Of a stretch of 64,000 bases of DNA, positions 16,743 through 26,324 are shown piece after piece. The DNA comes from a virus. Below the pieces are notes generated by a model that was not told where the DNA came from, did no database searches, and was given only the letters and a program-made list of their open reading frames with translations. The translations under genes and the position numbers were made by a program. The stretch is from positions 3,904 to 67,903 of IMG/VR virus record IMGVR_UViG_3300037851_001164; one strand, given 5' to 3'. Position 1 is the first letter of the stretch; each line of letters starts with the position of its first letter.

Positions 16743-19331
16743 CTATGCGTTGGCGAAGTCGTAGATGGGGACGATGGTGTTGTAGAGATCTGGCGCGTCG
16801 GTGCTCTCCTGACCGATGAGCCAGTAGTCCAGGCGCAGGGCGGAGGCGCCGATCTCGTAAATGTCGACCCAGTACTTGTGCGCATCGGGGGAGGCGCCGC
16901 TGTCGGTCTCGCGGCGCAGCACCACCAGCTTGGTGTCGGTGAGCACGATGCTCAGGATGTTTCCGGGCGAGGACGCGCTCGGCGCCACCTCGGCGGCTGT
17001 GACCGTGTCGAGCCCGGGCAGATTGGCGTCTGGGGCGGCCTGGGTGGCGTCCGCGAGGTACAGGCGCACCTGGCTGTTGGCGAGCGCCACGAAGGCGATC
17101 CAGCGCCGGTCCGGGCTCATGGTCTGGTGCCGGATGGTGGACTCGCCCATGGTGTGCCCGGCCACCTTGACGAAGAGGCCGCGCACGTAGCCCGTGTCGC
17201 TCCACTGGGTGTAGAGCAGCGCCTTGCGGTAGTGGTTGGTCGCCGCCGCGTCCCACGGGTGCAGCAGGATCCCCAGCCCGTAGGCGGAGATCCCGGGCAG
17301 GTACAGCCCGTAGCCCTGCCCGGTGTTGCACGGGGTGATAGGGGTATGGGACCCCGGGCCGGTGATGGCGGCGGTGACCCCGGTGAGCTTCACCGAGTGC
17401 ACGGCCGAGAGCAGGGTGCCGCTGCGGCCCACGCGCTTCCTGGCCATGTACACGGACAGGTTGGTGCCGTCCTCCTTGCCCAGGAAGTGGGAGTACAGGT
17501 CCGCCGAGTCCTCGACCGGGCGGTTGTCGAAGCTGCAGATCTGCCAGTCGCCCCACACCTGGCTGCCGTAGGGGTTGCCACTGGGCTTGAAGGTGGACCC
17601 GGGCTGGATGATCGTGCTCCAGTCCGGATGGTAGCCGGTGGCCGTGGAGCAGGCGGTGGCGGCGTTCAGCGCCGCACTGGTGCAGTAGAAGCCGTCGCCC
17701 TTGACCTCGAGCGCCTTGACGGTCGCGGAGTCCAGCGAGGCCCAGCCGGTGTACGACCCGCCGGTGCAGGTGGAGCTGCCAAGGGACTCGTTGGTCGCGC
17801 AGGCGATGTTGACTACGGGCGGGGTCTTGACCGCGTCCGCCCCGGCCCGGAACCGGTAGGTCTGGGCCGACTGCTTGACCATGTAGCGCACGTCGCCCGC
17901 TGCCACCGGCAGGGACAGGGCGGTCAGCCCGTAGCAGATGGCCACGTGCAGGAAGGCGCTGGGCTGCAGGTTGCTGTGCGCCCCGCCGCCGCCCGCATCC
18001 TCGATGGTGCCCAGGGCCGTGATCTGGCCGGTCTGGGTCTGCTCGGTGAAGATGGCGTCGCCGTGCTCGGCCCCAGTGAAGCCGCCGCGCATCTTGATGT
18101 AGTCGTGGGCGTGGACCGGCAGCTCGGCCTCGGTCAGGGTGTGCATCTCGGCGCCGGCGTAGGCGCCCAGCGCCCGGGACGTGAGCCCCTGCCCCGCCCC
18201 GGCGGCGGCGAGCGCGCGCCCCAGCACCCGGGGCAGCGCCAGGGTCTTGTGCGCCAGCCAGTCGGCCTCGGCCGAGGCCCCGCGCCCGCCGGCGACCGGG
18301 CACCAGGTGTCCTGGACGTTGCTCCAGAGCAGCGTGAACAGGTCGTGCACGTCGGCCCGCGCCCTCGACGTGGCCCCCGACTGGTGGTCGCCGATGGTGC
18401 CGTCGTCCATCACCAGCCAGCCGGTGGCAGCGCTGGCGTTCAGCGTGAGCTTCACGTCGCCCACCGCCCAGGCGGCATCGGCCATGGTGACGCCCAGGGT
18501 CTTCGGGGTGACGATGCGGGCATCATCCGTCCCGGCGTCAACCTCGGCCTGGGTCGCGATCTCCGCCCAGCCAGCCGTCGTGGCAGTGGCCACCGGGTGG
18601 GTGTGGCCGATGACCATCAGCGTGGCGTCGCCGCGGGTGGTATTCAGATACTGCGGGTGCGGATCCGAGTCGGCGGCGACGTGCTCCGCCAGGTGGCGCA
18701 GCCTCCGGCGCTCGTCGGTGACCATGCCCGGGTCGATGGCGGCTGTCGCGGTCCTGGCCAGCGTCGCCAGCAGGCAGGTGTGGTGCCGCCGGCCCTGGGC
18801 ATCGGTGTAGTCGGCGGGCATGGCCGCCCCCTCGGCCACCCGCACAAGCCAGAAGACCTTCAGCCGCCGGCTGGTCTCCTCGCCGATGACCGGGTCCTGG
18901 ATGCGCGCATCCGCCGCCGGGCCCACCTCGTCCAGGTACACGTCGAGGTAGACCTGGTCCGTGCGGCTGCCGCCCGGGGTGGTCAGCGCCGGCCCCGGGA
19001 TCTCCTGGGTGAGGTAGGTGCACCCTGATGGCAAGACCACCGGGTAGCCGGCGACGTAGATCCGCCCCGCCCCGTCGGCGCTGCCGTCGCCGCCCAGGAT
19101 GGTGAAGCCGTTGGCCGCGCCGGTGCCGACGATCTTGAATCCGTCGTTGGGGCTGCCGTCGCCCACCGCATCCTGGATCACCCGGCGCAGGGCCACGAGC
19201 TGGGCCTCGCCGGCGTGGTTGAGCTCGTCGTCGAGCCCGGCCACGCCCTGCTCCTTCAGGACCATCAGGTAGCGGTCGGTCTCGTCGTAGGTGAAGCGGC
19301 TGTAGTCGCCGCCGAAGGTGCCGGTCTGCAT
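16743..19331 (-). CDS. Long tail fibre: DUF6519-like anchor, collar region, unique C-terminal domain
   Basis: GDYSRFTYD..RYLMVLKEQG..LDDELN; RTDQVYLDVYL; DPHPQYL; AEIATQAEVDAGTDD; HSNLQPS followed by about 370 extra aa. Confidence 0.8.
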   Translation of the reverse strand: MQTGTFGGDYSRFTYDETDRYLMVLKEQGVAGLDDELNHAGEAQLVALRRVIQDAVGDGSPNDGFKIVGTGAANGFTILGGDGSADGAGRIYVAGYPVVLPSGCTYLTQEIPGPALTTPGGSRTDQVYLDVYLDEVGPAADARIQDPVIGEETSRRLKVFWLVRVAEGAAMPADYTDAQGRRHHTCLLATLARTATAAIDPGMVTDERRRLRHLAEHVAADSDPHPQYLNTTRGDATLMVIGHTHPVATATTAGWAEIATQAEVDAGTDDARIVTPKTLGVTMADAAWAVGDVKLTLNASAATGWLVMDDGTIGDHQSGATSRARADVHDLFTLLWSNVQDTWCPVAGGRGASAEADWLAHKTLALPRVLGRALAAAGAGQGLTSRALGAYAGAEMHTLTEAELPVHAHDYIKMRGGFTGAEHGDAIFTEQTQTGQITALGTIEDAGGGGAHSNLQPSAFLHVAICYGLTALSLPVAAGDVRYMVKQSAQTYRFRAGADAVKTPPVVNIACATNESLGSSTCTGGSYTGWASLDSATVKALEVKGDGFYCTSAALNAATACSTATGYHPDWSTIIQPGSTFKPSGNPYGSQVWGDWQICSFDNRPVEDSADLYSHFLGKEDGTNLSVYMARKRVGRSGTLLSAVHSVKLTGVTAAITGPGSHTPITPCNTGQGYGLYLPGISAYGLGILLHPWDAAATNHYRKALLYTQWSDTGYVRGLFVKVAGHTMGESTIRHQTMSPDRRWIAFVALANSQVRLYLADATQAAPDANLPGLDTVTAAEVAPSASSPGNILSIVLTDTKLVVLRRETDSGASPDAHKYWVDIYEIGASALRLDYWLIGQESTDAPDLYNTIVPIYDFANA

Positions 19332-19338
19332 GGCGGCC

Positions 19339-20745
19339 TCAGAGCTTGATGTGCACGTTGAGGAACGCGGTGGGCTGCAGGTTGTTGTGGGCCTGCCCGC
19401 CGCCCGCCTCCTCGGTGCTGCCCATCGGCTGGGTGGTGCCGGTCAGGGTCTCCTCGGTGAAGATGGCATCGCCCGCCTCGGACCCGGTCAGCCCGCCGAT
19501 GAGCTTGATGTACTGGTGGTCGTGCACCGGCATCTCGCCCACGGTCAGGGTGTGGGTCTCCGCGCCCAGATAGGAGCCCAGGGCCCGGGCGGTGAGCCCC
19601 TGCCCCGTGCCGGCCGCGGCCAGCGCCCGGCCCAGCACGCGCGGCAGGGTAATGGTCTTGTGCGCCGCCCAGTCGGCGGCGGCCGAGGCGCCCCGCCCGC
19701 CCGAGACCGGGCACCAGGCGTTGGGGATGCTCTGCCAGAGCAATGTGAACAGCGCCTGGCAGTCGGCGTTGGCCCGGGTCGAGCCCCCCGAGGAGGCATC
19801 GCCGATGGTGCCGTCGTTCATGGCCACCCAGCCCGCGGGAGCGCTGGCGCGCAGGGTCAGGCGCACGTCGCCGGTGCGCCACAGACAGCGGCTGCCGACG
19901 TAGGTCGCGAGCGTCGCCGGGGTGACGATGCGGGTCGCGTCGGTGCCCGCGTCCACCTCGGCCTGGGTCGCGATCTCCGCCGGGCCGGCGGTGCTCTCGC
20001 TGGCCGCGGCGTGGGTGTGCGCGCCCTGCTGGTAGCGGGCGTCGCCCTCGGCCTGAGTCAGGTACTGCGGGTGCGGATCGGCGGCCGCCAGGTGCCCGGT
20101 CAGGGTGGCGATGGCCTTGCGCCGGTCGGTGACCATGCCGGCGTCGATGGCCGCGGTGGCGGTGCGCGCCAGCGTGGCCAGCCAGCTCGTGTGGTGGCGG
20201 ATGCCGTTGCCGTCGGTGTAGTCGGGCGGCACCGCGCCGCCCTCGGACACCTTGACCGCCCACATGAGCTTCAGGCGCCGGCTGGTCTCTACCGCGAGCG
20301 TGGGATCGACGATGCCGGTGTCCTCGGTGCCGTCGATCTCATCCAGCCACACGTCCAGGTAGACCTCGTCGGTCCTGGCCCCGCCCGGCGTGGTGAGCGT
20401 GGCCTGCGCCACCTCCTGGCCCGAGTAGGTGGTGTCGGATGGCAGTGCCACCAGGTAGCCGGCCACGTAGTAGTGCCCGGCGGTGTCCGCGGCTCCCCCG
20501 CCGCCCTTGATGGTGAAGTTGTTGGCCGCCCCGGTGCCGACGATCTTGCAGCCGTCGTTGGGCGAGCCGTCGCCCACCGCGTCCTGCACCGTGCGCCGCA
20601 GGGCGGTGAGCGAGATCTCCTGCATCAGGTTGAGCTCGTCGTCCAGGATCGGGACGCCCTGCTCCTTCAGCATCATCAGGTAGCGCTTGGCCTCGTCGAA
20701 GGTGAATCGGCTGTAGTTGCCGTCCCAGGTGCTGCCTACTTGCAT
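19339..20745 (-). CDS. Short tail fibre, paralogue of the long fibre
   Basis: Same anchor and collar motifs; ends HNNLQPTAFLNVHIKL; start MQVGST at 20745. Confidence 0.8.
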   Translation of the reverse strand: MQVGSTWDGNYSRFTFDEAKRYLMMLKEQGVPILDDELNLMQEISLTALRRTVQDAVGDGSPNDGCKIVGTGAANNFTIKGGGGAADTAGHYYVAGYLVALPSDTTYSGQEVAQATLTTPGGARTDEVYLDVWLDEIDGTEDTGIVDPTLAVETSRRLKLMWAVKVSEGGAVPPDYTDGNGIRHHTSWLATLARTATAAIDAGMVTDRRKAIATLTGHLAAADPHPQYLTQAEGDARYQQGAHTHAAASESTAGPAEIATQAEVDAGTDATRIVTPATLATYVGSRCLWRTGDVRLTLRASAPAGWVAMNDGTIGDASSGGSTRANADCQALFTLLWQSIPNAWCPVSGGRGASAAADWAAHKTITLPRVLGRALAAAGTGQGLTARALGSYLGAETHTLTVGEMPVHDHQYIKLIGGLTGSEAGDAIFTEETLTGTTQPMGSTEEAGGGQAHNNLQPTAFLNVHIKL

Positions 20746-20755
20746 TGCTCGCGCC

Positions 20756-21805
20756 TCATAAGGCCAATACGGTGTAGCTCGCCGCCCGCGGCCCGCAGGT
20801 CCAGCCGGCGGTGTTCCAGGTCTCATCAAGCACGTTGGTGCGCAGGATCCCGGCCGGCGCGCAGTACAGCGCCAGGGTGCCGGCGGCGCGGCTTCTGTCC
20901 ACCACGCGCTTGATGAGCGCCAGATCTGCCGCCGGCAGGAGCGCGGCGTTCCTCGCCCCGATCAGCACGGCGAAGGCGCAGACGATGGGCAAATCGTTGG
21001 CCGCATCGCCCCAGTACGGATAGCCGCCGCGCGGGAAGCGCCCGGGGGCGAAGGCGGTGAAGCCCAGGGATTCGAGGAACGCCCGGTTGCCAGACAGATC
21101 CGCGTGCTCGGGCCCGAACACCCAGGCCGCGCGGTTGAGGAGCTTGGCCTTGCGGTTGGTCTCGATCAGGTTGTCGCGGGTGCGCCAGGAGAGATCTCGC
21201 ACCTCGACCGTGTACCCGGTGGCGCGCTCGACCAGGGCCTCGAGGGCGCGGTTATTGGCGTGTTTCGCCAGCACCTCCTCGATGATGCGCGGGCCATAGA
21301 CCGGATCGCCCTCCCCCGCCAGGCGCGGCACGCCGAAGTAGCCGCCCCACTCGTCCAGCCACTCGCCATCGGCGGTGGTCACCGCCATCTGGTCGAGCAT
21401 GGCCAGGATCGCGGCCTGCGCGGCGGCCAGCTCCACGGCGAAGGCGTCCATCAGCGCCCAGAGCAGGGAGTCGTGCACGTAGAGGTGGTCGCCGTTGCTC
21501 TCCTCCTGGCTGCCGCTGCCATCGAGCAGCGCCAGGGCGCCGCGCGCGCCGAGGTCCACATCCAGGTAGGGCACCGAGTAGCCGGGCCGGGCCGCCAGGT
21601 AGCCGGCCAGGCCGGCCAGGGTGTAGGCGGACAGGTCAACGGTCAGGTCCGTACCGCTGCCGCCCGCCACGGTGGTGGTGAGCACCCCGTCGGCCACCTG
21701 CCAGCTCAGCTGGCCGTCGTAGGCCAGGCGCAGGGCCAGCAGCCGCCGCGGGTCGCGGTCGAACACCCGGTGCAGGTAGCCGATGAGCTTGGCGGCCAGG
21801 CGCAT
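20756..21805 (-). CDS. Baseplate wedge / gpI-like tail protein
   Basis: Lies between baseplate J and the fibres; TADGEWLDEWG..FGVPRL.GE.D..Y..RI. Confidence 0.7.
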   Translation of the reverse strand: MRLAAKLIGYLHRVFDRDPRRLLALRLAYDGQLSWQVADGVLTTTVAGGSGTDLTVDLSAYTLAGLAGYLAARPGYSVPYLDVDLGARGALALLDGSGSQEESNGDHLYVHDSLLWALMDAFAVELAAAQAAILAMLDQMAVTTADGEWLDEWGGYFGVPRLAGEGDPVYGPRIIEEVLAKHANNRALEALVERATGYTVEVRDLSWRTRDNLIETNRKAKLLNRAAWVFGPEHADLSGNRAFLESLGFTAFAPGRFPRGGYPYWGDAANDLPIVCAFAVLIGARNAALLPAADLALIKRVVDRSRAAGTLALYCAPAGILRTNVLDETWNTAGWTCGPRAASYTVLAL

Positions 21806-22926
21806 CAGCCGGCCACCACCGTGATGGTGCCGGGCATGATCTTGCCGCTCCCGCCGGGGGCCACGTCGCCCGCGGGGGCCGCCAGGCGCGCGTTGTATAC
21901 GCCAGAAACGGCCATGACCCGTCCGATCATCTCGGCCACCAGCGCCTTCTCTCCCACCTCCAGGGCGGTGAGATAGGCGCCCAGGACCTCGGCCACCGGG
22001 GCCATGAGATCCGCGGCCTCGTGGTCGGCCTCGGCGGTCACGGTGATGGTGACCGGCTCGTGGCGCACGGTGACGGCGGCCACGGCGCACACCACTCCCG
22101 CGGCCTTCCAGCCCATCACCCGGGTGCCGTCGGGGGCCACGTAGCCGTCGATGACCCGCTGTGCCTCGGCCACCAGCGCGGCCGAGGCCCCGTCCACCCC
22201 GTTCCACACGTAGCAATTGCAGTAGCCCAGCGGCAGCGCGCTGTTGCTGAGGTACGGCTCGATCACCTTGGCGCTCACCACGCGCTCGCCGATCCCGCCC
22301 AGCTCGTCGTACAGGGCCACGGTGCGCGCCCCGTACTCGATGGCGGCGAGCGGGGCGCGCGAGAGCGCCGCGACGTACTGGGCGAAGCGGATCTTGCGCT
22401 CGGCATCGGTCTCCTCGTCGCGGCCGGTGACGAAGGCCGCGTCGTTGACCACCGACACCCCGGAGATGGGCGCGTCCAGGGCGGTGATGGTGCCGGCGGA
22501 GGCGTTGCCCGCCACCCCGGACGTGTCGGCTGCCACCCGGGCGCTCACCTGGGTCTGCCCCTGGGCGATGACCGCCTGGGTCTGGGTGGCGTAGCCCACC
22601 GCGCCCCCGGGCACGCGCACGACAGTGCCCGCGGGGATGACGACGGCCGTCGTGGCCGCAGAGGCCAGATAGAGGCGCACGTCGCCGTAGGCGGCGGCCG
22701 CCGGCAGGCGGGCGAAGTCGAAGCTGGTGTAGATGGCGACCGGGATCGACTCCTTGAGCCCGAAGAACATCTGCTGGTAGAGCTCGTCGATCTCCACCGC
22801 CGGGGCCTCGACCAGGGTGCGCGCCACCGAGCCCACGTTGAAGTCGGTCAGGCGCGACTGCACGGCGCGCAGGTGGTTGACCATCGACGCCACGATCGAG
22901 CGCCAGTCCTTAAGCTGGAACGCCAA
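21805..22926 (-). CDS. Baseplate J/gp47 family protein
   Basis: TDFNVGSVARTLVEA, GVAGNASAGTI, TGRDEETDAERKIRF; TTG start. Confidence 0.9.
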   Translation of the reverse strand: MAFQLKDWRSIVASMVNHLRAVQSRLTDFNVGSVARTLVEAPAVEIDELYQQMFFGLKESIPVAIYTSFDFARLPAAAAYGDVRLYLASAATTAVVIPAGTVVRVPGGAVGYATQTQAVIAQGQTQVSARVAADTSGVAGNASAGTITALDAPISGVSVVNDAAFVTGRDEETDAERKIRFAQYVAALSRAPLAAIEYGARTVALYDELGGIGERVVSAKVIEPYLSNSALPLGYCNCYVWNGVDGASAALVAEAQRVIDGYVAPDGTRVMGWKAAGVVCAVAAVTVRHEPVTITVTAEADHEAADLMAPVAEVLGAYLTALEVGEKALVAEMIGRVMAVSGVYNARLAAPAGDVAPGGSGKIMPGTITVVAG

Positions 22927-23524
22927 CGCTCACCTCCTTGCCGCCTACCGCCATGGCCTGAACCTCGATGTGCAGCGCATCGCCCTGGACCTCGACCCGG
23001 GCGCGCGGCACGTCCGCCACCCGCGGGTCGGCGCGCAGTGCCCGGGCCACCAGGTGGCGCCCCAGCAGCGCGGTGCGCGCGGTGGAGCGTCCGCCCAGCA
23101 GCCGGTACACGTCGCAGCCGTAGAGCGGGTGGAAGGCCAGGTCCCCGGGCTGGGTGCGCAGCCGGTGCTCCAGGGCCTGCACCAGGTTCGTGGTGCCGGT
23201 GACGGTGGAAAGGTCCCCGCTCTCGGCCTCGAGCAGCCCCTTGGCCAGATATACGTCGGTGCCATAGAGCTCGCTCGGGTCCGCCACCCCGCTGGGCCCG
23301 CGTGCCCCGGAGGGCAGCCGCAGCTCGGCGCCGGTGAGGAGCACCCGGGGCGTGGCCAGCGCCGGGTCGTCGGTCAGATAGGGCGGCAGCAGGCCGTTGA
23401 GCCAGGCGATCTCGTGCCAGCGCCCGGCGTCGCCCAGCTCGCGCAGCGCCAACGCCTGCAGGGTGTCACCGCGCCGCGTGGCCACGCGCCGGAAGCCCGC
23501 GAGGCGGCGCTCGAAGCGGCTCAT
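22910..23524 (-). CDS. LysM-like plus gp25/GPW-like baseplate wedge protein
   Basis: RRGDTLQALALRELGDAGRWHEIA..N; NLVQALEHRLRT.PG.L..HP.YG. Confidence 0.75.
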   Translation of the reverse strand: MSRFERRLAGFRRVATRRGDTLQALALRELGDAGRWHEIAWLNGLLPPYLTDDPALATPRVLLTGAELRLPSGARGPSGVADPSELYGTDVYLAKGLLEAESGDLSTVTGTTNLVQALEHRLRTQPGDLAFHPLYGCDVYRLLGGRSTARTALLGRHLVARALRADPRVADVPRARVEVQGDALHIEVQAMAVGGKEVSVGVPA

Positions 23525-24783
23525 GCCGCCCACACCGTGGCCAGCTCCCCGGTGCGCGTGCGCAGGGCCTCGCCCACCCGCGCGAGCACCGCCTCGGGGA
23601 GCGGCAGGTTGACGGTGATCCCTTCGGCGACGGTGCGCAGCTGCGCCCCCACGGCGAGCGCATCCACCGGCACCGGCACGGTGAGCACGTCGCGCGCGAG
23701 CGAGCGCAGGGCCTCGCCGGCCGCGAGCGACACGTCCACCACCGGGCGGGCCACCGCGTCCACCGCGGGGACCGCCAGGGGCGAGGCGTAGATCGCCGCG
23801 AACGGGTTGACCCCGGCCAGCGGGCTCCCCGGCAGGCCGCCGCCGGTGGACGAGCAGCCGGAGGCGCCGAGCAGATCCGAGAAGTCGGGCATGCGCCCGA
23901 TGAGATCGAAGCCGGTGCGCAGCAGACACCAGGCCTCGTGGAAGGTGGCGGCGATGCGCCGGGCGAGCGCGTGCACGTGCACCGCCGCGGCATAGGGCAC
24001 GGCCAGGAGCTGGAAGGCGTTGCGCGCCGCCGCCTGCACCGTCTGCGCCACCTGCAGCAGCGGCAGGGCCGCGGCGTCGAGCACCCCGAGCCCGGCAGCC
24101 GCCACCGATTGCACCTGGGCGAGCAGCGCAGCGCTGGCCCCGAGAATGGCGTTGGCCGGCCCGGCCAGGGCGCCCAGCGCCCCGGTCACCCCGGCCAGGC
24201 CCGTCTGCCGGGCGATGATCCCGTCGAGCGCCGGGGCCGCCGCCAGGTACCGGCCGCCCGGATGGGCGATGGCCTCCACCAGCGGATCGGCCACCAGCAT
24301 CGCGAGCTGCTCGGACACCGGCCGCAGCACGGTCATCACGATCTCGTACTGGGCGAGCAGCGGGCGCGACTTGTGCCGACGCAGGGTGAAGCGGTCAGGG
24401 GCCACCACCTCGGCCACCTCGTCCAGGTGGTCGTAGAAGACGAGCTCCACCGAGTCGGGGCTGCGGCCCGCCTCCACGTTCGCCGCGCGCAGCCCGTGCC
24501 AACGGGGGAAGACGGCGTCCCTCAGCTCCTGGAACAGGGCCAGGCCGTCGCCGGAGGCGGTGCCCCGCCACCCCGTGGTGCCGCGGATGGTGATCTGCGA
24601 CACTCCCGGGCCGAAGGTGTCGGCCCAGGCCCCGCCCAGCGTTTGGTGCACGGTGATGCGCGAGGGATCGGTCTTGGTCAGCTCCTCGGGGCGGATGTGG
24701 AACGCAAGCTCGGCCTCGACGCCGCCCCCGGCGGCATCCCAGAGCAGGAACCCGATGGGCCGGTCCTTCTGCGACGCTGGCAT
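23521..24783 (-). CDS. Baseplate/tail-tube initiator-like structural protein
   Basis: RPEELTKTDPSRITVHQTLGGAWADTFGPGVSQITIRGTTG; first gene behind a late-promoter motif. Confidence 0.55.
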   Translation of the reverse strand: MPASQKDRPIGFLLWDAAGGGVEAELAFHIRPEELTKTDPSRITVHQTLGGAWADTFGPGVSQITIRGTTGWRGTASGDGLALFQELRDAVFPRWHGLRAANVEAGRSPDSVELVFYDHLDEVAEVVAPDRFTLRRHKSRPLLAQYEIVMTVLRPVSEQLAMLVADPLVEAIAHPGGRYLAAAPALDGIIARQTGLAGVTGALGALAGPANAILGASAALLAQVQSVAAAGLGVLDAAALPLLQVAQTVQAAARNAFQLLAVPYAAAVHVHALARRIAATFHEAWCLLRTGFDLIGRMPDFSDLLGASGCSSTGGGLPGSPLAGVNPFAAIYASPLAVPAVDAVARPVVDVSLAAGEALRSLARDVLTVPVPVDALAVGAQLRTVAEGITVNLPLPEAVLARVGEALRTRTGELATVWAA

Positions 24784-24789
24784 GGCGCC

Positions 24790-24805
24790 AGCGTAGGGTC
24801 ACGAC
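24790..24805 (-). promoter_or_regulatory. Candidate late promoter GTCGTGAC-N2-TACGCT
   Basis: -10-like hexamer ends 6 nt upstream of ATG 24783; motif recurs at 41400, 41956 and 51798. Confidence 0.6.
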
Positions 24806-24966
24806 CGGGGGAGGGGCAGGAGGGCGGTGCCCCCTTGATGGCTGCGCTTAGCGCGAAATCGAGTGCAACCGAGGAGCTAGATGCGGTAGTACCGCACGTC
24901 CGGGTCTGGGCGGGGGGGCGCCGGGTAGCCGGCGTCCCTACCGCGGAGCAGTTTGAGGGCCGCGCG

Positions 24967-25218
24967 ATGCGTCTGATTCTCATAGCACTTTCCGTCATCT
25001 TGCTGACCGCCTGCAGCCGATATGATGCCGAAGTAGGCTATTACGAGGGCGGATCTGAAAAGTGGGATATTTGGGGTGATTTTCGTTCGCTGGATGAGTG
25101 TAGAGACGCCGCAATCGCTCAGTTCAACTTTTACAACCGGAAATCGGAAGGGCGTGCGTTCTCGTGGGCATGCCTGAAGAAAAGTCGTGGCGGCGGGTAT
25201 GAGAGCCGCCATCGATAG
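24967..25218 (+). CDS. Lipoprotein (integron cassette ORF 1)
   Basis: Signal peptide with lipobox LTAC; followed by an attC site. Confidence 0.75.
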   Translation: MRLILIALSVILLTACSRYDAEVGYYEGGSEKWDIWGDFRSLDECRDAAIAQFNFYNRKSEGRAFSWACLKKSRGGGYESRHR

Positions 25219-25238
25219 TGAAATCACTCCATGAAACC

Positions 25239-25310
25239 GCCTAACAAGCGCTTGGAATCCGACCTTCTGGCCGCTGCGCAACCCTCGGCGCCTCAAGCGC
25301 GACGTTAGGC
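25239..25310 (+). other. Integron attC site 1
   Basis: GCCTAAC ... GTTAGGC perfect outer boxes; GCGCTTG/CAAGCGC inner boxes; 72 bp. Confidence 0.85.
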
Positions 25311-25322
25311 CGAAACTAAGAA

Positions 25323-25547
25323 ATGCGAATCGACAAGATCATATTTACAGTCTCTTACACGCTCGTCATCCTGGGTTCCGGCGGCATGATCGCATTTGCC
25401 TGCAAGTTCCCTCACTTCACAGGTATTTGGGAACTGAAACATACTCAAGAAAGGTTTCTCTGGCTGAATGGCTACCAAGTTTGGGTGTACTCCTGGCTTG
25501 CGATTTTGCTTGGTACCGTTGGCCAGATAGTGGCCACATGGTGCTAA
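25323..25547 (+). CDS. Small two-TM membrane protein (cassette ORF 2)
   Basis: Starts 12 nt after GTTAGGC; two hydrophobic helices; low GC. Confidence 0.7.
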   Translation: MRIDKIIFTVSYTLVILGSGGMIAFACKFPHFTGIWELKHTQERFLWLNGYQVWVYSWLAILLGTVGQIVATWC

Positions 25548-25576
25548 CCATAACGGTCCTTGGTCGGAGGGCGCTA

Positions 25577-25951
25577 ATGGCAGGGGAAAGGATAACTCGG
25601 ATATTGAAGCCGAAGAGCAGCCTCTCGGCTGAGCAGATTGCTCAGATGACCGACGGAGAAGCCTGGGCATGGCTGTATACACACTTCCCACCAAAGACGA
25701 AACGACATAAGAAAAATATTGCCGAGATATGCTTTACTGGTTTTTCCGGGAACGAGCGCGCGGTTTTGGAACACGAGGCACAACAAGCCCACCTTGATGT
25801 TGTTAAGTCCGTAACGAAACAGTTGCGATATCTTGTTGCAGGACCGAACGCTGGACCGACGAAGCTCCGGAAGGCAACCAAACAGGAAGTCGTAGTTCTG
25901 AGCTTGGAGCAATTTCGTACAATGCTGGAAACTGGCGGGCTCCCCGCTTGA
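25577..25951 (+). CDS. BRCT-domain protein (cassette ORF 3)
   Basis: ICFTGFS, VVKSVTKQLRYLVAGPNAGPTKLRKA..QEVVVLSLEQF, resembling the DNA-ligase BRCT domain; start MAGER. Confidence 0.75.
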   Translation: MAGERITRILKPKSSLSAEQIAQMTDGEAWAWLYTHFPPKTKRHKKNIAEICFTGFSGNERAVLEHEAQQAHLDVVKSVTKQLRYLVAGPNAGPTKLRKATKQEVVVLSLEQFRTMLETGGLPA

Positions 25952-25958
25952 CATTATG

Positions 25959-26031
25959 GTTTAACTAAGGCGCTCTAACCGAGCGCTCCACCGCTGCGCG
26001 GTTTCGCGCTGGCTGAGCGTGGTCGTTAACC
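25959..26031 (+). other. Integron attC site 2
   Basis: GTTTAAC ... GTTAACC (one mismatch), GCGCTC/GAGCGT inner boxes, ACCGC-TGC-GCGGT terminal hairpin. Confidence 0.7.
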
Positions 26032-26057
26032 GACAAGCGATAGTCTGCGGTCCCCCA

Positions 26058-26324
26058 ATGACGAAGCACCAGAAGACGCTGCAGCAAATTCTTCTCGCCA
26101 GATCGGACGCAAACACGTCCTTCGCCGATCTATGCGGTCTGCTGAAGGCGCTTGGCTTCGAGGAGCGTATCCGGGGTGATCATCACATCTTCAGCCGAGC
26201 GGGAGTGGAGGAGATCATCAACCTGCAGCCGGTAGGAGCCAAGGCGAAGGCATATCAGGTAAGGCAGGTTCGCAACCTCGTTCTAAGGTACGGGTTGGGA
26301 GATCGTGATGAACGTGAAGTATGA
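26058..26324 (+). CDS. hicA: HicA family toxin
   Basis: FADLCGLLKALGFEERIRGDHHIF..GVEEIINLQP..AKAYQVRQV. Confidence 0.88.
   Translation: MTKHQKTLQQILLARSDANTSFADLCGLLKALGFEERIRGDHHIFSRAGVEEIINLQPVGAKAKAYQVRQVRNLVLRYGLGDRDEREV

Noticed and set aside
16743-20745. Diversity-generating retroelement or invertible fibre cassette
   Set aside because: No reverse transcriptase, no adenine-specific TR/VR pair, no invertase and no inverted crossover sites seen
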